NCBI GenBank assembly: GCA_963808235.1
Contig: CAWEEQ010000004.1
Coordinates: forward strand, 3,785,789 to 3,849,788
Direction of reading: 5' to 3'
DNA: 64,000 nt
Source of the DNA: an uncultured delta proteobacterium
Lineage (GTDB): Bacteria > Desulfobacterota > Binatia > Binatales > Binataceae
Shown here: piece by piece, positions 9,790 to 19,668 of the stretch
How the letters are laid out: every line of letters starts with the position of its first letter
Numbering within the stretch: the first letter of the stretch is position 1
The notes under the pieces: model-generated
Seen by the model: the letters and a program-made list of their open reading frames with translations, nothing else
Databases searched by the model: none
Told to the model about the DNA's origin: nothing
Position numbers and translations under genes: made by a program

Positions 9790-12750
9790 ATGCAGCGCCG
9801 GTCCGTACAATCTTCGGAATTGACGGTTCTCGCCGATCGCTTGAAACGGCGGCTGGGGAATTTTCGCCTCGCCGAACAAGCGCTCGCGGCGGTCACCAGG
9901 CGCGCGCCGGACGAGAGGCTGGCGCTCGCATTTTTGCTCAAACTCGCTGAGGATTCCGCACGAGAGCTGAAAAGTGTCCTGCGCGATCGCGCCGCTGGAG
10001 AAGACCTGATCTTTTGCCTCGGTTCGTCGGAACTGGTCGCTACCGAACTGTCCTCGGCAAAAACGCGATGGGACGAACTGTTCCTAGATGCGCGCGCCGC
10101 AACCATGGATGGGCTGCTTGCGGCCATGCGGCAAGACAGGCCTGCGCACGACGCGCCGGATCGCCAGCGCGCCGCCGCAGAGTTGGGCCAATACATGCGC
10201 CGGATGCGGGTGCGGGTCGCGATTGCCGATTTGCTCGATCGGATCGGCGTCGCGGACACGGCGCGCGCGATGTCGGAGCTCGGGGACGAATGTATCCGCA
10301 TGGCGTTCGCTCTTGCGACTCGTTTTCTCGGCGAGCGCGCGGCTGAGGTCGGCCGCTTTTGCGTGCTCGCGATGGGCAAGCTCGGGGCGCGCGAGCTTAA
10401 CCTGAGCTCGGATGTCGATCTGATTTATCTTCACGAACCGTCAGGCTCTCCCGACGGAACCGAGGCCGCGGCCCGCCTCGGCGAATGGTTCACCGAGATT
10501 TTGTCCGCCGGATGTTTCCGAATAGACCTGCGGCTTCGACCGGGCGGCCGTTTCGCATCGCTAGTCACTCCGGTCGAAGGCGCGATCGGGTATTACCAGA
10601 GCCTCGGTCAGACTTGGGAACGCGCGGCGCTGCTGCGCGCGCGGCCGGTCGCCGGTGCGCTCGAAATCGGGCACCGATTGCTCGCCGACCTTGGCCACTT
10701 CGTATTTCGAAGCTACCTGGACTTCGATACTCTGCGCGATTTGCGCGCGATGAAGCGGCAGATCGAAGCCGAACTGCGAACGCCCGCGATGATCGAACGC
10801 AACATCAAGCTCGGCCGCGGCGGAATTCGCGAACTCGAGTTTATCGTGCAGGCGCTGACGCTGATTTACGGCGGACGCGATCGGCGGCTTCGCGTCGGCG
10901 GGACCTTCGACGCGCTCAAGATACTCGATTCGCTCGAATACCTCCCGTCTTCGCGGGCGCACGAGCTTGCCGACGCGTACCTGTTCCTGCGCGACGTCGA
11001 GCACAAGCTGCAAGTCGTCGCCGGCCTGCAGACGCATGTGATCCCGGCTGGCGACAGCGCGATACGAGCACTTGCGACGCGGATGGGTTTCGGCAAGGAG
11101 GCGCGAGCGCTCGAGGAATTCAGCGCGCAGCTTGAATCTCATCGCGCGCTGATCGCGACGCAGTTCCGCGAAACTCTTGCCGGCGGCGAAGAACAATCTA
11201 TCCGCTGGGTTTCCGATGCCGCCGAGCTGGCCTGGAATTCGGCTTACGATTCCGAAGCCGCGGCCCCCTACCTGGGCGAGCTCGGCTTCGCGCGGCCAAA
11301 CGAAAGCGCTCGCCATCTCGAGCTGCTCGCGAGAGGTCCGTCGCACGCTCCGACCAGTCCGCGGCGGCGTGAATTGCTGGAGCGGCTCGGACCGGTCCTC
11401 CTCGATGAAATCAGTCCGCTTCCAGACCCCGACCTGGCGCTGATGAATCTTGCCGAGTTTATCGCCGCGATTGGCGCGCGCACTTCGTTCCTGGCCCTCC
11501 TCGAACAGCATCCCGCGACGCGCCGAATCCTGCTCCGCCTGTTTGCGTCGAGCGCATATCTTTCGACAATTTTTATCCACCATCCCGATATGCTCGACAC
11601 GCTGGTGCGCTCGGACCTGGTCCGGGTGCGGCGCGAACGCGTCGAGCTTCGTGCGGAAATCGCGGGACAGATGGCGGCGAGTCCGGATTTCGAGAGCAAG
11701 CTCGACGCATTGCGCGCGTTCCGGCATCAGGAGTTTCTGCGCATCGCAATTGCCGACCTGGCAGGCGATCTTGAACTCTTCGAGGTCGAACGCGAGCTTA
11801 CTTACCTCGCCGAGACCGTGCTCGACGAGGCGATGGCGCTCGCGCGGGTTCAGATCGAGGCGCGTTTCGAGATTCCTGGAACGATGCGCCTGTGCGCGAT
11901 CGCGATGGGCCGGCTGGGTGCGGGCGAGATGTCGTATAACTCCGACCTTGATCTGATTTTCGTTTACGACGATCGCGCCGAGGTGGCCGCAGGGAGCCGC
12001 GAGATCGCGTCGCGAATCACGCAGAAGCTGATCGCGATACTCGAATCAAGAACGCGCGAGGGATACGCGTACAAGCTCGATCTGCGGCTTCGTCCGTCGG
12101 GCAACGCGGGTCCGCTGGTCACGTCGTTGCAAGGCTTTCGCGACTATCATCGGCAAAGCTCGGCGGTTTGGGAGCGGCAGGCGCTGGTGCGCGCGCGGGT
12201 GATAACCGGAGATCCGGAACTCAGCCGCGAAGTCGAAGCTACGCGCGAGGAATTCGTTTTCGGGCGCGGGCTCAGCCGGGCGCAAGTTGCGGAGATCGCG
12301 GCGATGCGCACGCGGATGGAGAACGAGATCGGCGCCGAGGACAAGTCGCGGCTCAATATCAAGCAGGGCCACGGCGGCTTGGTGGACGTGGAGTTCCTGG
12401 CGCAGATGATGGCGCTGCGTCACGGCTATCGCAGCAGCGAGCTGCGCGCGCGCGACACGATGGGACTTCTGAACGCGCTCGACAAGCTTCATTTTCTCGC
12501 GCATGCCGACGCGATTACTCTTGAAGACGATTTCCGGTTTCTCTCGCGGCTCGAAAATCGGCTCAGAATAGAGAGCGACCAGCCCGCGTGGGCGCTGCCA
12601 ACCTCGCCCGCGGCGCTCAGACCGCTCGCGCGCCGGATGGGATTCGAAGGCGCGGACGCCGCAGCCCGCCTGCTCGCCGAACTCGAGACGCGCCGCAACC
12701 GAATCCGCCAGATCTTCGAGCGCTACTTCGCCGCCGAGCTTGCAGACTGA
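9790..12750 (+). CDS. glnE: Glutamine synthetase adenylyltransferase/adenylyl-removing enzyme
   Basis: Two nucleotidyltransferase domains (MGKLGARELNLSSDVDL; MGRLGAGEMSYNSDLDL), DLRLRP twice, KLGRGGIRELEF. Confidence 0.96.
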   Translation: MQRRSVQSSELTVLADRLKRRLGNFRLAEQALAAVTRRAPDERLALAFLLKLAEDSARELKSVLRDRAAGEDLIFCLGSSELVATELSSAKTRWDELFLDARAATMDGLLAAMRQDRPAHDAPDRQRAAAELGQYMRRMRVRVAIADLLDRIGVADTARAMSELGDECIRMAFALATRFLGERAAEVGRFCVLAMGKLGARELNLSSDVDLIYLHEPSGSPDGTEAAARLGEWFTEILSAGCFRIDLRLRPGGRFASLVTPVEGAIGYYQSLGQTWERAALLRARPVAGALEIGHRLLADLGHFVFRSYLDFDTLRDLRAMKRQIEAELRTPAMIERNIKLGRGGIRELEFIVQALTLIYGGRDRRLRVGGTFDALKILDSLEYLPSSRAHELADAYLFLRDVEHKLQVVAGLQTHVIPAGDSAIRALATRMGFGKEARALEEFSAQLESHRALIATQFRETLAGGEEQSIRWVSDAAELAWNSAYDSEAAAPYLGELGFARPNESARHLELLARGPSHAPTSPRRRELLERLGPVLLDEISPLPDPDLALMNLAEFIAAIGARTSFLALLEQHPATRRILLRLFASSAYLSTIFIHHPDMLDTLVRSDLVRVRRERVELRAEIAGQMAASPDFESKLDALRAFRHQEFLRIAIADLAGDLELFEVERELTYLAETVLDEAMALARVQIEARFEIPGTMRLCAIAMGRLGAGEMSYNSDLDLIFVYDDRAEVAAGSREIASRITQKLIAILESRTREGYAYKLDLRLRPSGNAGPLVTSLQGFRDYHRQSSAVWERQALVRARVITGDPELSREVEATREEFVFGRGLSRAQVAEIAAMRTRMENEIGAEDKSRLNIKQGHGGLVDVEFLAQMMALRHGYRSSELRARDTMGLLNALDKLHFLAHADAITLEDDFRFLSRLENRLRIESDQPAWALPTSPAALRPLARRMGFEGADAAARLLAELETRRNRIRQIFERYFAAELAD

Positions 12751-12773
12751 GGACCGGCGCGCGCCATGCGAGC

Positions 12774-14927
12774 TCACTCGAAATCCAGCTTCACTCCTGC
12801 CAGGAATGTGACCGGCGGCGCCTTGAAGCCGAACGCCTCCGAATAATTGCGGTCAATCGCATTTGTTACGCGCGCGAAAACTTCCTCGTTGTGCACGAAG
12901 TTGAGCGGCGCGCCGAGCGCGTACGACGCAACCACATCAACGCGATGATACGCGTCGTGGTTGGCGATGGTGCCTTCAGGCGTGATGTCGTCACGATCGC
13001 CCACGAATATGTAGTTCACGCTGGCGGTGATTCGATCGCGCGGAAGAAAACTACCGCTGCGCACGTATTGCAACAGCACCGACGCCGAATGCTTTGGCAC
13101 CCGCAGCGGACGCGGCGGCGTCAAAAACGCTTTTTTGAAATTGAGCGGCGCGTCTTTGTGCGTCTCGTCGAGCACGGTCACATTGCCGCCAAACGTCAGC
13201 CCCTTGACGATCGTAACTTGCGGCACGATCTCGATCCCCTGCACGTCCACGCGCGCGGCGTTACCCGCCTCCGAGCCGAATGCGCAACTGGTTGGATTCG
13301 TTTTGCATGGCACGGTGACGATCAAATCGTGCACGCGGCGCGAAAAGTAGGTGGCGGTAAATGACGCCATCTCGCCGAAGGTGGTCGTAAAGCCGCCGTC
13401 GTACTCGCTCGATGTTTCGGGCTGCAGATTCGGATTGCCGAAGCCGGGAAAGTCGAGTTCGTTGAACGAGGGCGCGCGAAAGCCTTCGCTATAGCTGCCG
13501 CGCAGCGTCGTCGAGATTTTGTCGATCGGAATCGCGACCGACCACGACGGGCTTACCTCTTTGCCGAACTGGCTGTTGCCATCCACGCGAAACCCGCCGG
13601 TCGCGAGCAGATGCCCGTCGAATAAGCTCGCCTCCTGCTCGAGGTATCCGGCGTACTCCTGGCGGCGCGCGCTGAAATTCGTGGTCGAAAGCCCGAAACC
13701 TGGAGTCACGCTCGCGCCGAAGTCGCGAACCCATCGATCCTTGAAATCAAAACCCGCCAGCGTGCGAAAGCCCTTCGCCCAGGACGACTCACTTCGCGAC
13801 CAGGTGTACACCGCGTTCAGCTCGCCGCCGCGAACCTCGTCGGGAATGCGATCCACCTCGCTGCCCGCAAAGCCGGCGAACGGAACCTCGTTGATGCGAA
13901 TATCGTCGCGCACGAAGAATGCGTTCGCGGTCGCGACGAACTGATCGCTGAAATGATGTTCGATCGCGCCATTGAAGAGCATGAATTCGTGACGCTGATG
14001 CGCGGTCGGGTTGTCGACAATCGGGGGAAAGTTCGATATCGAAAAATGCGACAGGCTTACGTTGGAGCGGAAGTAGCGCGCAAACCCGCGGATGATCGTG
14101 TCGTCGGTCAGGTGATAGTCGAGTCGGACATTTCCGGCCAGATTGTCCGAGCTGTCATTGTTGTGCCGGTAGCCCTCAGTCGAGAAGTACGACAGCGCAC
14201 CCGAGTAATCGAGCTTTCCTTCCGCACCGCCGAACGTTGCGACCTGCCGGTTGCTCGCGTGATTGCCGCCCTCGGAAAGTAGACTCGCTTTCGGTGCGCC
14301 CTCGCCCTCCGGCGAAATGAGCTGGACCACGCCGCCGATCGCCTGCGAACCATACAGCGATCCGCCGGCGCCGCGCAGAACCTCGACGCGGTCAAGATTG
14401 TCGGTGGTCAGGTTCGCAAAATCGAAGCTGCCGGTCGCACCCGCGTTAACCTCGACGCCATCGACCAGCACCAGCGTCTGCGATGCAGTCGCGCCGCGAA
14501 TCGATACATCGGTCTCGGCACCGGGTGAGCCGGTTTGCGTAACCTGCACGCCGGGCACTTCACGCAGAACATCTTCGACCTTGTCGATTTTCTGCGCTTC
14601 GATTTGCGGGCCTTCGACCACCGTGATCGTGGTGCCGATCTCCGAGATCGGCTGCTCGATTTTGGTCGCCGTCACGACGACCGGATTGAGCTTTTGCGCC
14701 TGCTCTTTCGGTGTCGCCGGATTGCCCGATGTGCTCTTCGTGTTTGCAGACGGCGTCTGCGCGGACGGTTTTTGCGCTGCGGAGTTCTTCCCGCTCGCCG
14801 AAGGAGTAGCGGCGGCTTGCGGGGGCGTCGATGCCGACTGATCCGCGCGCGCGACCGGACCAAGCATCAGTGTGATAACGATCGTCGCCAAGATCGTCGG
14901 GATGACTCGATGAAATATTTGCCGCAT
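12774..14927 (-). CDS. btuB: TonB-dependent receptor, probably cobalamin
   Basis: Signal peptide, VVVTATK TonB box, plug (RVEVLRG..SLYG..AIGGVV); B12 riboswitch upstream; GGAGGGAG RBS before ATG 14927. Confidence 0.85.
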   Translation of the reverse strand: MRQIFHRVIPTILATIVITLMLGPVARADQSASTPPQAAATPSASGKNSAAQKPSAQTPSANTKSTSGNPATPKEQAQKLNPVVVTATKIEQPISEIGTTITVVEGPQIEAQKIDKVEDVLREVPGVQVTQTGSPGAETDVSIRGATASQTLVLVDGVEVNAGATGSFDFANLTTDNLDRVEVLRGAGGSLYGSQAIGGVVQLISPEGEGAPKASLLSEGGNHASNRQVATFGGAEGKLDYSGALSYFSTEGYRHNNDSSDNLAGNVRLDYHLTDDTIIRGFARYFRSNVSLSHFSISNFPPIVDNPTAHQRHEFMLFNGAIEHHFSDQFVATANAFFVRDDIRINEVPFAGFAGSEVDRIPDEVRGGELNAVYTWSRSESSWAKGFRTLAGFDFKDRWVRDFGASVTPGFGLSTTNFSARRQEYAGYLEQEASLFDGHLLATGGFRVDGNSQFGKEVSPSWSVAIPIDKISTTLRGSYSEGFRAPSFNELDFPGFGNPNLQPETSSEYDGGFTTTFGEMASFTATYFSRRVHDLIVTVPCKTNPTSCAFGSEAGNAARVDVQGIEIVPQVTIVKGLTFGGNVTVLDETHKDAPLNFKKAFLTPPRPLRVPKHSASVLLQYVRSGSFLPRDRITASVNYIFVGDRDDITPEGTIANHDAYHRVDVVASYALGAPLNFVHNEEVFARVTNAIDRNYSEAFGFKAPPVTFLAGVKLDFE

Positions 14928-14984
14928 GAACTCCCTCCGAGTTCGTTCGGCTGCCGGCGCGCGAGCGGGAGCGATCAGGCGTTT

Positions 14985-15030
14985 CAAGAAAAAGCCCCAT
15001 CCCTCGCGTATCGAAGGATCGGGCTTCAGG
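14985..15030 (-). terminator. Putative intrinsic terminator (riboswitch expression platform)
   Basis: Minus strand AGCCCGATCC...GGATGGGGCT followed by TTTTCTT, between aptamer and btuB start. Confidence 0.55.
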
Positions 15031-15077
15031 AAATCCGTGCCTGAGGCCACCCTCCCCGCGGAAGGCAGACAGTTAGT

Positions 15078-15225
15078 GACCCGGCCGGTCTCCTGGCTTG
15101 GGGTTCGTCCTTGGGCCCGCCTTCCCGCCTAAGCGGTGGCATCGTGGGCCTTCGTCCCCCCACACAGTTGCGGGGCAGCGCCGGATTTCAACCGGCTTCC
15201 CGAGCACCGGGTGCGGCCAGAACGT
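15078..15225 (-). ncRNA. Cobalamin riboswitch
   Basis: Minus strand GGGAAGCCGGTTGAAATCCGGCGCTGCCCCGCAACTGT...GCCAC...GGGAAGG...AGCCAGGAGACCGGCC (B12 box); ends approximate. Confidence 0.93.
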
Positions 15226-15316
15226 TACGCGGGGCACTGTGCGTAGTCAACCTCCGCTGGCGCATCGGAAAATTTTCGTCACGTCCGATGCGATCGTGTA
15301 CGCTGGGATGATTCGC

Positions 15317-15832
15317 ATGGCTCCGATCACGCTAATCACCGGCGGCGCGCGCAGCGGCAAGAGTACTCATGCGCTCAAGCTCGCGGCAGCGTATCGCCGA
15401 AAATTTTTCGTCGCGACCGCGCAGGCGCTCGATGATGAGATGACGGCGCGGATCGAGTTCCATCGCGAAACCCGTCCGTCGGAATTCCAGACCGTCGAGG
15501 AGCCGGTGCAGGTCGTGGCAGCGATGGAACGGCTCAAGGAACGCGCCGACGTCGTGGTGCTTGATTGCCTGACCCTGTGGATTTCCAACCTGATGCAGCT
15601 ACACGACCAGGATGATCCGATCCTGGCCGATGCAGACCGGCTCGCGCAAATTCTGAAGGGCTCAGCGTTCGCGAGTATCGTTGTGAGCGACGAAGTGGGA
15701 TGGGGCGTCGTGCCGGACCATCCGATGGGCCGTCGCTTTCGTGACTTGCTCGGATGGACCAATCAGAAAATCGCGTCGGTGGCTGATGACGTGGTGCTGA
15801 TGGTCGCCGGCTATCCGATCAAAGTGAAGTGA
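15317..15832 (+). CDS. cobU: Adenosylcobinamide kinase/phosphate guanylyltransferase
   Basis: TGGARSGKS, LDCLTLW, SDEVGWG, RRFRD. Confidence 0.95.
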   Translation: MAPITLITGGARSGKSTHALKLAAAYRRKFFVATAQALDDEMTARIEFHRETRPSEFQTVEEPVQVVAAMERLKERADVVVLDCLTLWISNLMQLHDQDDPILADADRLAQILKGSAFASIVVSDEVGWGVVPDHPMGRRFRDLLGWTNQKIASVADDVVLMVAGYPIKVK

Positions 15833-15841
15833 TCGTCAAGA

Positions 15842-16621
15842 TCATGACGACAGCGCAGCCAGCACCGCGACTTCCACCAGTTCGCTGCACGCGCCGATAA
15901 GATCGCCAGTCACCCCGCCGAGCCATCGTTTGTAAAACGATCGCATCGCGATAACGACCACGGCCGCCACGATCAGTGCCTTGGCGCCGCGGAATTTTGC
16001 CGCCAGCACAAAAATGATCGGCAAGATGAAAACGAGTTTGCGCCGCGGCCAGCGTTCAGTGTTTGCAAGCAACGTCGATCCTGCTCCGTCGATGCGCAAG
16101 TAGTCGATTCGACGCCCGACCAGGACCATCGCATAGCGCGCGAGACCGGGCGCAAGTATCAGCGCAAAGTACCGGGCCTGTCCCGCGAGTGTCGAGAGCG
16201 CGAGAATTTTGAGGATCAGATCGAAGAAAATCGCGATCGCGCCGAATGTGCCGACTCGGCTGTCGCGCAAGATCTCGAGTGCGCGCTCGCGATCTCGTCC
16301 CGCACCAAGCGCGTCCGCGGTGTCGGCCAATCCGTCAAGATGGACCGCGCCGGTGATCACGACGAGCGACAGGACGACGAGCACCGAGCGCATCACCTGG
16401 CCGAATGCATAAGACAAGATCACGTCCTCGCCGCATAACGCGAAGCCGAGCATGAATCCGACAATAGGGAACCACTCGAACGACGCCGCAACCGCATCTT
16501 CCGACGCGCGGTTATTGTCTATTACCGGGATGATGGTGAGAAAGCCGACGGCGAGCGACAGCTCGGCGAAAAATCCAGACGCAGGTGTGACGTCGATCGA
16601 GCGGTTCGCGTCGTCGCTCAT
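15842..16621 (-). CDS. cobS: Adenosylcobinamide-GDP ribazoletransferase
   Basis: HLDGLADTAD, DSRVGTFG, GGVTGDLIGA. Confidence 0.95.
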   Translation of the reverse strand: MSDDANRSIDVTPASGFFAELSLAVGFLTIIPVIDNNRASEDAVAASFEWFPIVGFMLGFALCGEDVILSYAFGQVMRSVLVVLSLVVITGAVHLDGLADTADALGAGRDRERALEILRDSRVGTFGAIAIFFDLILKILALSTLAGQARYFALILAPGLARYAMVLVGRRIDYLRIDGAGSTLLANTERWPRRKLVFILPIIFVLAAKFRGAKALIVAAVVVIAMRSFYKRWLGGVTGDLIGACSELVEVAVLAALSS

Positions 16622-17682
16622 CGAAGCTTGCCCGTCACGCCGGCGCTCGCAAAGGTCGCCATGTTCTTGAACAGATCGAGCGCCGCTTCGATCACATTCA
16701 TCGCCAGCGCAGCGCCGGATCCCTCGCCGAGTCTCAAATCGAGATCGAGTATCGGGCGCACCTTAAGATGCTCCAGCGCGAGCGCGTGGCCGCCTTCCGC
16801 CGAACGATGACTGAACAGCAGGTGTTGGCACGATCCGGGATGAATTTGTTCGGCGATTGCGGACGCAGCGGTCGCGATAAAGCCGTCGACGACCACCGGA
16901 ACATTGAGCGCCGCTCCGCCAAGGCATACTCCGGCCATCGCGGCAATCTCGAAACCGCCCAGCGCCGCGAGCATCGACATGCCGTTACCGAGCGCGTCGC
17001 GATGAAGCTCGAGCGCGCGAACGACTACCTCAGTCTTGCGGCGCACGCCAACGTCGTCGAGGCCGGTGCCTCGGCCAACCATCGCGTCCGGCGCGATATG
17101 AGTGATCGCGGAGAGGATCGCGGCGGCCGATGTGCTGTTCGCGATTCCCATCTCGCCGATGCCGATCAGAGTTGTGCCGCTCCGAGCGAGATCGCGCGCC
17201 ACTTCGATTCCAACTTCGAGCGCGCGCGTCGTTTCGGCGGGCGTCATCGCGGGGCCGCGGGCGAAGTTGGCGGTGCCGGCACCGACGCGTCTATAGGTCA
17301 CTCCCGCGAGTGGGGTCGCGCTGGTGTCGATCTTCACGCCGACATCGATCACCTTGAGCGCGTAGCCGAAGCGCCTCGCGAGCACGCTGATCGCGGCGCC
17401 ACCAGCCGCGATGTTGCGCAGCATCTCGGCGGTCACGGCCTGCGGATACGCGCTGACGCCTTCGTCGGCGATGCCATGATCACTGACAAACACCGCGATT
17501 GCTCCGCGGCCCATCTGCGCCGAGCCGTCGCGGCGGATCGCGGCATAGCGGCGCACGAGTTCCTCGAGATAGCCGAGACTGCCGACCGGCTTGGTGAGCG
17601 AGTTGAGACGTTGGTCTGCGATGCGCGCGCTCTGTTTGTCGAGCGGCGCGATGGCCGCGAGCGTTTCTTTCAGGAGTGACAT
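16618..17682 (-). CDS. cobT: Nicotinate-nucleotide-dimethylbenzimidazole phosphoribosyltransferase
   Basis: LTKPVGSLG, GEMGIANS, LRLGEGSG. Confidence 0.96.
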   Translation of the reverse strand: MSLLKETLAAIAPLDKQSARIADQRLNSLTKPVGSLGYLEELVRRYAAIRRDGSAQMGRGAIAVFVSDHGIADEGVSAYPQAVTAEMLRNIAAGGAAISVLARRFGYALKVIDVGVKIDTSATPLAGVTYRRVGAGTANFARGPAMTPAETTRALEVGIEVARDLARSGTTLIGIGEMGIANSTSAAAILSAITHIAPDAMVGRGTGLDDVGVRRKTEVVVRALELHRDALGNGMSMLAALGGFEIAAMAGVCLGGAALNVPVVVDGFIATAASAIAEQIHPGSCQHLLFSHRSAEGGHALALEHLKVRPILDLDLRLGEGSGAALAMNVIEAALDLFKNMATFASAGVTGKLR

Positions 17683-17685
17683 GGG

Positions 17686-18465
17686 TCAACGGCGCGACGG
17701 TGGATCGTCGGGCGAGTCCTCGGGAAAGATCGCGAGCCAGATCGACGGATCCTCGATTTTTTCCTTCAGCTTATCGTCCGAGGTCCCTGCGCCGCTCCAG
17801 GTGTCGAAGTGAATGAGCGAGCGCGGCGGTAATCGCTCCGCCCATTGCGCACTCGCGAGCACCGGCCGATCAGGAAAATCGCGCACGTAGCCGATACAAA
17901 GATATGCGACCGGGATCGCGTCATCGGGAATCCCGAAAATATCCGCGAGCGCATCGTTGCGCAGGATACTCACCCATCCGACGCCGAGACCTTCCGCGCG
18001 TGCCGCGAGCCATAGATTTTCAACTGCGAGACAGGCCGAATAGATCTCAACGTCGCGGATGCTCGTCTTGCCGAGCACTGCCGGACCGAACCGCTCTGGG
18101 GTGCACGTCACGATCAGATTGATCGGCGCCTCGAGGATGCCTTCGAGCTTGAGCGAGAGAAACTTCTCGCGGCGAGCGCCGGTGAACTGCGCGGCATTCT
18201 TCGCGCGCTCAGTTTCGAAGATTTCCTTGACCCGTCGACGCGCCTCGACGCTGCGCACCACGACAAAGTCCCAAGGCTGGGTGAATCCGACGCTCGCGGC
18301 ATGATGCGCTGCGATGAGCACTCGGGCCAGCGCGTCGTCGGGGATCGGATCGGCGGTGAACTCGCGGATGTCGCGGCGGCGGAAGATCGCCTCGTAGAGC
18401 CCGCGCTTCAGCGCGTCAGCAAATTCATTGCGATCGCGAGGCGAGGATTTTGCCGGCGAGGTCAT
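17686..18465 (-). CDS. bluB: 5,6-dimethylbenzimidazole synthase
   Basis: RRRDIR, ASVGFTQPW, NLWLAARAEGLGVGWVS; next to cobT. Confidence 0.9.
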   Translation of the reverse strand: MTSPAKSSPRDRNEFADALKRGLYEAIFRRRDIREFTADPIPDDALARVLIAAHHAASVGFTQPWDFVVVRSVEARRRVKEIFETERAKNAAQFTGARREKFLSLKLEGILEAPINLIVTCTPERFGPAVLGKTSIRDVEIYSACLAVENLWLAARAEGLGVGWVSILRNDALADIFGIPDDAIPVAYLCIGYVRDFPDRPVLASAQWAERLPPRSLIHFDTWSGAGTSDDKLKEKIEDPSIWLAIFPEDSPDDPPSRR

Positions 18466-18546
18466 CGCAGAATTCAGGAGAAAAAAATGAAAGAGGAGGA
18501 CGGGGGCCAACGCGGCGGCTGCGCCCGCCCTCCAAATCGTTACGGC

Positions 18547-19068
18547 CTAAGCGGCGGCCTTTTTGGCCGCTTCGAGTGCGGCTTCGTAGTTGGGCTGATT
18601 GGCGACTTCCTTGACGTATTCGACGTAGGTCACCTTGTCGTTCTTGTCGACGACGAAAACACATCGCGCTAGCAAATGCAGCTCCTTGATCAGCACGCCG
18701 TAGTTGGTGCCGAAGTCCGCGGTCTTGAAATCGCTCAGCGTCGTCACCTTGTCGACGCCGGCCGCGCCGCACCATCGCGCCTGCGCGAACGGCAGGTCCA
18801 TCGAGACGCTCAGAATCTCGATGCCGCCCGGCAGCTTCGACGCCTCCTCATTGAAGCGGCGCGTTTCCGCGTCGCATACCGGTGTGTCGAGCGACGGTAT
18901 CGTCGTGATGACCTTTACCTTGCCCTTGAACTGGTCGAGCGTCGCCGGCCTCATGCTCTTGTCGGTAACGTTGAAGTTCGGTGCCTTCTGTCCGACTTTT
19001 ACTTCGGAGCCAACCAGGGTCATCGGGTTTCCCCGCATAGTAACAGCGCCTTTGCGTTCTTCCGCCAT
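18547..19068 (-). CDS. tpx: Thiol peroxidase
   Basis: PSLDTPVC, SMDLPFAQARWCG. Confidence 0.95.
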   Translation of the reverse strand: MAEERKGAVTMRGNPMTLVGSEVKVGQKAPNFNVTDKSMRPATLDQFKGKVKVITTIPSLDTPVCDAETRRFNEEASKLPGGIEILSVSMDLPFAQARWCGAAGVDKVTTLSDFKTADFGTNYGVLIKELHLLARCVFVVDKNDKVTYVEYVKEVANQPNYEAALEAAKKAAA

Positions 19069-19176
19069 AAGTAAAATCTCCTTGGTGATGATGAATGGAA
19101 AAAGGAATCGCGAACAAGGAGACTTTAACTCGCGCCGCGCGCGGCGGCAAACAGAGTCGCGCGTCGCTCGCTGATG

Positions 19177-19572
19177 TTAGAGCGCCTTGATTGCGAGCGC
19201 GATCACACTGCCGAGAATCAGGGTGACGTTGATCACGCCCGTCGCCATCGCTCCCGGCGCGCGTTTGGCCGCCGCGCTGAGATAGCCCGAGGCGTAGATG
19301 ATCCGCGCGATCAGGAACAATGCTCCGAGCGCTACGCCGAAGTGATAGTTCACGGTTAGCGAGAAAATCCACACTGCAGGAAGGAACACAATCAGGGATT
19401 CGAGCGTGTTCTCATGGACCCGAAAATAACGCTCGAAATCCGGATTGCCGGTGGTGGCGGGCGCCTCGACTCCATACTTCACCCGCGCGCGACCGACCAT
19501 GACGCCGAGTATCGAGTACTCGAGCAGCGCGAGCACCGTAATCATCGCAAGTTCGTGGTAAGTTCCATTCAT
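19177..19572 (-). CDS. MAPEG family membrane protein
   Basis: RARVKYGVEAP, FERYFRVHENTLE. Confidence 0.9.
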   Translation of the reverse strand: MNGTYHELAMITVLALLEYSILGVMVGRARVKYGVEAPATTGNPDFERYFRVHENTLESLIVFLPAVWIFSLTVNYHFGVALGALFLIARIIYASGYLSAAAKRAPGAMATGVINVTLILGSVIALAIKAL

Positions 19573-19668
19573 CGCCTCCACCTCCTCCCCATGGTTGTTG
19601 CCGCGTCCGCAGTTGGTATGAAGCTACTCGCGCACGACGCAAAGCGCGAGATCATATGCTCGCGCCGG

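Noticed and set aside
14928-15316. N-terminal extensions of btuB and cobU given by the ORF track
   Set aside because: They run through the riboswitch and leader; better starts are at 14927 and about 15317
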